Shown here piece by piece: positions 58,600 through 64,000 of a DNA stretch of 64,000 nucleotides (positions within the stretch are counted from its first letter, which is position 1; each line of letters opens with the position of its first letter). This DNA is from an uncultured Verrucomicrobiae bacterium (lineage in GTDB: Bacteria; Verrucomicrobiota; Verrucomicrobiia; Chthoniobacterales; JAFAMB01). Under the pieces are notes generated by a model. It did no database searches and had not been told where the DNA came from. It worked only from the letters and a program-made list of their open reading frames with translations. Location: assembly GCA_963762565.1 (NCBI GenBank), contig CAVXLD010000001.1:1248001-1312000 (forward strand), in the 5' to 3' direction. Both the position numbers and the translations under genes were made by a program.

Positions 58600-59061
58600 A
58601 TGTCTCGAATGGCGTGCTTGATAGCCGTTAGTGTCCTTTTAGTCGAAACGCTGTTTTCTCAACCGACACCCAAGCTGGTCGCTTTTGATACATTGCTGGC
58701 GAACCCGCTGCGCTATGGCGGTAAGACAATCGCGTTGTATGGCGTTGTCGATAAATCTGAACCGACAACTGGGTTCACGCTCACCGGAGCCCAGAACTCA
58801 GGCACCACCGCAAAATCAAAGCACTCGCAGCTCCAAGCGAGTTGGATGAAGGACGCCACGGTGGTCTCGATACAGAAGGGCCAAGCAGCCATCGTCATCG
58901 GCCAAATTCAAATGCAAGGTAACACGGCGATTCTTCACGTCGCTAATATCATTACGGATAAAGGCGCGATCCGGCGATTCATCCGGCCATCAGAGCGAAA
59001 ACCACGACCGGGCGATAATCTCGGACACGACGCCCAACCCAGCAAATCGCTCTCGGACTGA
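58600..59061 (+). CDS. Hypothetical exported protein (OB-fold-like)
   Basis: Signal peptide; LLANPLRYGGKTIALYGVV; GAACC-N17-GTCTT (ECF-like) at 58564-58590. Confidence 0.65.
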   Translation: MSRMACLIAVSVLLVETLFSQPTPKLVAFDTLLANPLRYGGKTIALYGVVDKSEPTTGFTLTGAQNSGTTAKSKHSQLQASWMKDATVVSIQKGQAAIVIGQIQMQGNTAILHVANIITDKGAIRRFIRPSERKPRPGDNLGHDAQPSKSLSD

Positions 59062-59165
59062 CGCTTTGAGGTAGACAATCGGCTGCTACCACTGTTATCA
59101 AGCCTTCTTAACCTGTGGGTGACGGCCTCCTCACTCACCTTCGTTAATTGATCCTTGTTTTCCTT

Positions 59166-61828
59166 ATGAATCCCCGTCGCCCTATCTTCAAAAAAGGAGC
59201 TAGAGTTAGCTCTCAACGTTTAGTCTCCGCGGGAGGACTGGTCACCATGGCGATCAGTTTATGCCTCTGTTTACCGGTGCGCGCGATCGATCCAGCGCGA
59301 CTACACATGAAGCCATTCGGTCATCCGCCAGAGCTAAATACGGTGCTTGGCCCTTTGCGGCCCAAGACGTATAGCCGGACGGAACGATCGGTAATACCAC
59401 TATTGCAACCCGAGAAATTCGCGGCTGCTCAATGGATTGCGCTCGGTCCGGATCCAATCCCGAACGGCCAGACTTACACCTCTCATGGCACCGCTCCGCC
59501 ATCTCTTGAGGTGCCGGTCAGCGGGCGCGTTTCCGCGATCGCAGTTGATCCCACAAACCCTAAGATCGTCTATGTCGGCGGCGCTCAGGGTGGCGTTTAC
59601 CGGTCCCTGAACGGAGGGACAACTTGGGAGCAGCTTCTTGTGGGTGCACTGGGTTTTGCCATCGGAAGCATTACCGTGGATCCGACAGACTCGACCAGGG
59701 TACTCATCGGTACAGGTGAAGGTAACTTGTCGGCCGACAGCTAGTTCGGAGTGGGTGTTTACTTCGTTACCGGTGCTACCTCCAAGACTCCGAAGTTGAA
59801 CGGTCCGTTCAACGTTACCTCTACCGGCGCCAATGCGTTCCTGAATCGAAGCATTGTGAAGATTCTGGTTGACCCTCAGAACAATAACATCGTGTTCTGT
59901 GCGACATCATCGGGAGTCGGCGGTTGGGCGCCCAAACCGGAACCACTTTGCCGCCCCGGGGTCTTTATCGCTCGACGAATTTCGCCAGCGCCAATCCCAC
60001 GTTTGATCAATTGGCAGTGGGTCCTGGCACAAACGTGATTTGCACAAGTGCTGCCATGGATCCGACGAATCCTGACCATGTGGTCTGCAGCCTTTTCGGC
60101 CAAGTCACCGATTCAGAGGGGCACAATCTTCAAGGCGGCTTTTACTATTCCACGAACGCGACGAGCGCAACACCGACCTTCACGCTCGCGACAGTTACGC
60201 GTGGCCCAGTCATCGGGCACAATTTGGCGGCCTTTGTCAATGTGAAGCTCGACATTTCCCCGGATGGCCAAACAATTCTGGCGGCAACCGACGAGTACGC
60301 TACCAATCAACTGGACCAAGGCCTTCTCCGTAAATCGACTGACGGCGGCCAGACTTACACGACAATTCTGAAGGCTGCGGACGGGTTTGCAGGCGGTCAG
60401 GGTTTCTACAACGTAGCCATCGCTATCGATCAGAGTAACCCACAGAATGTTTACCTGGCCGGGACGCTAAGCTCGACCGGCGTTGATCCCGATGGACCTC
60501 CCGGGCACGGTTACATGTACATTGATGGCCAAGTGATAGCGAACCCAGGTCCTCCGAATCCTCAAGCAACGGGTCACGGTCCTATCAACGGTGGCGGAAT
60601 TTTCCAGTATTCAACCGACGGCGGCACGACTTTCACGCCGAGCGTGTACGGATTACACGCGGACAGCCACGCGATTGCCATTTCGAAGTCCGATCCGACA
60701 GTGCTCTATACCGGCAACGACGGCGGAGTCTGGACCACGTCCGGCGTGAAAGAGAAATGGAAAGACATCAATACAAAGGGATTCTCGGCGACCCAGTTCG
60801 AAAGTATTGCTGTTCATCCTACCAATAAAACGTTCAGCATCGGCGGCACCCAGGATAACGGAACCATTTTCTTCCGACCGGATGGCACCATTCGGCGCGC
60901 GGATTTTGGCGATGGTGGCTACGCCCTAATCGATCAGAGTGCGAAGAATACGGAAGAAGTCACGATGTATCATACCTACTTCAACGTGACCAACGATCTG
61001 ATCGGTTTCGGCCGTGTGCTCAAGACGAGTTGCGCTGAGGAAGGAGAATGGTCTTTCCTTGGTATTTATACTGGCGACGTTGATCCCACAGTCCACTGCG
61101 ACGGAACAACGGACAGGTTTAACGGCATACAAATCACCGACAGCGTGAACTTCTATGCCCCGATGGCTCTTGGACCGGGTACGAAGGGGAATCCCAACAC
61201 GGTCTATTTCGGTACGGAGACATTGTATCGCTCAGATGATCGCGGCGATACGATGTTCCCGGCGAGCGCCGCGCCGATCGAGACTGGAGTCCCGATCAGC
61301 GCTATCGGAATTTCTCCAACGAGCGACAACATCCGGGTTGTAGGGCTGGATAACGGCGACGTCTATGCGACGGTTACGGGCAGCGCTCTAGTGAATCTGA
61401 ATGTGGGACTTCCCGTGTACGTCACCCGCATTGTCATGGACCCAGTGAATCCTGACGTAGTGTACCTCTGCTACAACGGTTACCAGCTCACGGGCGCAAA
61501 CAATATTCTGACGGTTGTGGAACTCACGAACCTTTCTGCGGCGGTGGCTAACCCGACCAATGCGAATTTCGTGCCGATGGGTCCACCAACTTCGTTTGCC
61601 ACGTCGGTGAACGGTTTTGTGGTCGATCCGCTCAACACCCAGCACCTATTTGCTGCTACGGATCAAGGTGTTTACGCTTCGATGGACGGAGGCAATACCT
61701 GGGCTTTGTTTGGGACCGGGTTACCTGATGTTGAAGTGTTCGATCTTAAGTTGCAGAGCCCAGGGAGAATTCTCCGGGCGGCGACTCATGGTCTGGGCGT
61801 TTTCGAGATATCAATCTCCGGTCTGTAG
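59166..61828 (+). pseudogene. Disrupted secreted BNR/Asp-box beta-propeller (glycosyl hydrolase/sortilin-like) gene
   Basis: In-frame TAG at 59742-59744 inside GEGNLSADS*FGVGVY and a 1-nt frameshift at ~59924; Asp-boxes SLNGGTTW, STDGG, SMDGGNTW; terminal AATHGLGVFE. Confidence 0.8.
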
Positions 61829-61864
61829 GCCGTCAGGTTTTATAGCTGCGTCGCGTTAACCTTA

Positions 61865-61901
61865 CCCGCCTGCTCGCTGAAATACCGCGGGCAGGCGGTT
61901 T
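61865..61901. terminator. Hairpin between convergent genes
   Basis: CCGCCTGCTCGC-tgaaatacc-GCGGGCAGGCGG-TTT. Confidence 0.55.
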
Positions 61902-61947
61902 GCTCGTGGAGCTCCCGTCCCGTACGGACGTGTCGGACTTTGCCGCG

Positions 61948-62529
61948 TCACTCAAGCAACCCCTTCAACTTGGCGTGTTGCAGCAGCATAATCGTTTTTC
62001 CGTCTTCGATCTCCCCGGTTTCTATCATCTGTAACGCCTGATCTAAACCGAGCTCGACTAGCTCGATCTCTTCGCCGTGATCGGCTACACCGCCACCCGG
62101 GCTCTTCCGTTGTGCCGAGGTATATGGGGCCGCAAAAAAATGGACCTTCTCGGTGACAGAACCCGGGCTCATATAAGCCGCGAATAGCTTGGTAACGGGT
62201 CCGAGGTGATAACCGGTTTCTTCTTCGGTTTCTCTCCGGATAGCGCTTTCCGGATCATCCTTTTCCAAAAGCCCGGCACAAGCTTCGATTAGCAATCCGT
62301 CCTCGCAGCCATTTACAAATGCCGGGAATCGAAATTGTCGGGTAAGTAAGACGGTCTTTTGCTCACGATTAAAAAGGAGAATCGTCGCGCCGTTTCCGCG
62401 ATCATAGGTTTCACGAGTGACCGTTTGCCAAGAACCGCCTTGGCGGCGGATTTCCAAGGTGGTCTTCTTAAGAGTAGACCAATCGTCCGAGAGAACTTTT
62501 ACCTCTTTTATTCTGATTCTGTCTTCCAT
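61948..62529 (-). CDS. nudK: GDP-mannose pyrophosphatase NudK-like Nudix hydrolase
   Basis: RETYDRGNGATILL, Nudix box GLLEKDDPESAIRRETEEETG, SPGSVTE, DGKTIMLLQ. Confidence 0.9.
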   Translation of the reverse strand: MEDRIRIKEVKVLSDDWSTLKKTTLEIRRQGGSWQTVTRETYDRGNGATILLFNREQKTVLLTRQFRFPAFVNGCEDGLLIEACAGLLEKDDPESAIRRETEEETGYHLGPVTKLFAAYMSPGSVTEKVHFFAAPYTSAQRKSPGGGVADHGEEIELVELGLDQALQMIETGEIEDGKTIMLLQHAKLKGLLE

Positions 62530-62560
62530 TGTTATTGTTGTGTTGATTTGTATCGAGTTT

Positions 62561-62849
62561 TGTCCCGACGGGACTGGGGAGGAGCCGCTTTTAGCGTGGC
62601 AGTTCTATTGGATGGCAGCCATCGAAAGTCTTCGGGGTCAGACAGGCGGCTCCCGGGAATTATCCATCGCCGTGCAGCTCTATCGCGGGTGGTCCGAGCA
62701 AATGGAGACGATGGATGAAACATGACGCTGGGCTGTTCGCGGGGAGCCGCCTCTTTTCACCGTTTTTGGTCACAGCAAGCGTTGAATTAAAAGTAGCCAG
62801 ATCATCTGGTCCGTGCCAAAGCGGCTCCCCTCCACAGCCCTTCGGGGCA
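62561..62849. mobile_element. REP/MITE-like foldback, family B copy 2
   Basis: GGAGCCGCTT..GGCGGCTCCCGGGAAT ... GGGGAGCCGCC..AAGCGGCTCCCCTCCA, as at 13384-13601. Confidence 0.7.
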
Positions 62850-62869
62850 AAATCCGACGAGCTCCGATC

Positions 62870-63250
62870 CTAACGCTCAACCGCTTCAATCTCGCCAATT
62901 GACAAATAGACCTGCTTGCCGGCACACCGCCCTAAGGTCTCCATCTCGTCCGCGCCACTCGATGGTCCACCGACTCTTAAAACCGCGTCCACTCGCTCTA
63001 TCAGCCGCCGCGCGATGGGATGGAATATCTCGTTGAAAATTTCGTCTCCGATCTGTTTGGAGCCGGCAACCTCGATCAGCGGCAATGCGAGCGCTTCACC
63101 GGTTACGGGGATGTGCCCCAAACGGAATAGCTGCAAACCGGCCACAGTCATTATCTGCAGGTTGTTAGCGATCTTTTCCGGGTCATCGCCGGTGTTTGAT
63201 CGGTAAGGTCCGGCAACCAGAATGAGGAGCGATTTATTTTTTGGCGGCAT
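62870..63250 (-). CDS. DUF4406-like / nucleoside deoxyribosyltransferase-like protein
   Basis: ILVAGPYRS, GHIP, DAVLRVGGPSSGAD.M. Confidence 0.75.
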   Translation of the reverse strand: MPPKNKSLLILVAGPYRSNTGDDPEKIANNLQIMTVAGLQLFRLGHIPVTGEALALPLIEVAGSKQIGDEIFNEIFHPIARRLIERVDAVLRVGGPSSGADEMETLGRCAGKQVYLSIGEIEAVER

Positions 63251-63315
63251 ACTTGATTCGCCTCATCATGATGTGCAGTTAGTTGCTCGTATAATGATTT
63301 CTTGGTATCGGAGCC

Positions 63316-63330
63316 ATCATTGTGGATGAT
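63316..63330. promoter_or_regulatory. LysR-type T-N11-A palindrome
   Basis: ATCAT-tgtgg-ATGAT between the divergent LysR and DUF4406-like genes. Confidence 0.55.
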
Positions 63331-63336
63331 ACCTCC

Positions 63337-64000
63337 ATGGATGCTCATTTGCTTCCGGACGTCCTAGTTTTCCTCAACGTAGTTCGATGTGGTTCTATCA
63401 CTAAGGCGGCGAATCGGCTGAACATGGTACAGTCCAACGTCACCGCCAGAATTAAGAAGTTGGAGGATGCGCTCGGAGTAACGCTTCTCCGGCGGCACGC
63501 TCGAGGGGTCAAACTTTCCAGTGGCGGCGAAACGGTTTTGCCCATGGCGATGCGGCTGGACACGGTTCTAAATGATCTGGGATACGCATTTGGTCGCGGC
63601 AAACCGGCTAAAGAAGCTAGCCTTCGGGTCGGAGCGATCGAAACGGTCGCTGCCGTTCATTTACCCGGCTTGGTCTCCCGGTTCCTTGAAAAATCGCCCC
63701 ATGTCGATGTTTCAGTACATGTAGGCAGCTCGTCGACATTGATTGACCAAGTTAAACGAGGCGAACTCGATGCTGCCTTTGTATCCCGGCCGTTCGCGTT
63801 GCCCGGCCTCCGTGAACACCAAGTCTTCACGGATAAGCTGGTGGTGCTCGCGCCCAACAAGGTGACCACAAGGAACGATCTCTTTGCCGTGAACCGCATC
63901 GGGCTAAAGGTCCTGGTCCAGCGCTTGGGTTGTTCCTACACGGAGAGATTGTTGATGTTCCTAGAGACCCGCAAGGTCCGCCCGGAGCGTATTATGGAAA
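63337..64000 (+). CDS. LysR-type regulator, runs off the window end (not in the ORF track)
   Basis: MDAHLLPDVLVFLNVVRCGSITKAANRLNMVQSNVTARIKKLEDALGVTLLRRHARGV... Confidence 0.9.
   Translation, partial: MDAHLLPDVLVFLNVVRCGSITKAANRLNMVQSNVTARIKKLEDALGVTLLRRHARGVKLSSGGETVLPMAMRLDTVLNDLGYAFGRGKPAKEASLRVGAIETVAAVHLPGLVSRFLEKSPHVDVSVHVGSSSTLIDQVKRGELDAAFVSRPFALPGLREHQVFTDKLVVLAPNKVTTRNDLFAVNRIGLKVLVQRLGCSYTERLLMFLETRKVRPERIME

Noticed and set aside
59742..59744. Pyrrolysine or amber recoding
   Set aside because: No pyl genes in the window, TAG is a normal stop elsewhere, and the gene also has a frameshift
1..64000. CRISPR array, tRNA/rRNA, prophage or transposase genes
   Set aside because: No regularly spaced direct repeats with unique spacers and no such genes recognised

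Overview
A 64 kb bacterial chromosomal window. Gene content and protein style tentatively suggest a soil Verrucomicrobiota/PVC organism (inference, not tested). Left part: rpmH-rnpA-yidD-yidC-jag, tyrS, a SahR-like ArsR/methyltransferase regulator divergent from metK-ahcY, transporters, a phosphoesterase and an FtsH. Middle: an ECF sigma + Ser/Thr kinase (twin PEGA-FGE) pair divergent from alpha-2-macroglobulin-pbpC. At 34.1-52.4 kb lies a complete group 1h-type (high-affinity) [NiFe]-hydrogenase region (hhyS/L, hypABCDEF, accessory genes, HoxN-type Ni transporter) headed by a CbbR-like LysR gene, with no RuBisCO in the window. Right part: transporters, small enzymes, a disrupted beta-propeller gene, nudK and a partial LysR. 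Best novelty candidates: (1) two paralogous 35-37 aa ORFs below the ORF-track cutoff (20915 and 33835) sharing PREQNPYFLTGRGKK..WFFF through synonymous-only changes in those blocks; (2) five 10-bp-phased TNA triplets (CbbR-type operator) upstream of the DUF1641-hhySL-hyp operon; (3) a set of non-autonomous repeats, including REP-like foldbacks with fixed ~70-nt variable inserts, a 30-31 bp mini-element inserted into other repeats, and inverted 7-9-mer tandem arrays. Family names come from motif recognition only; no database search was run.
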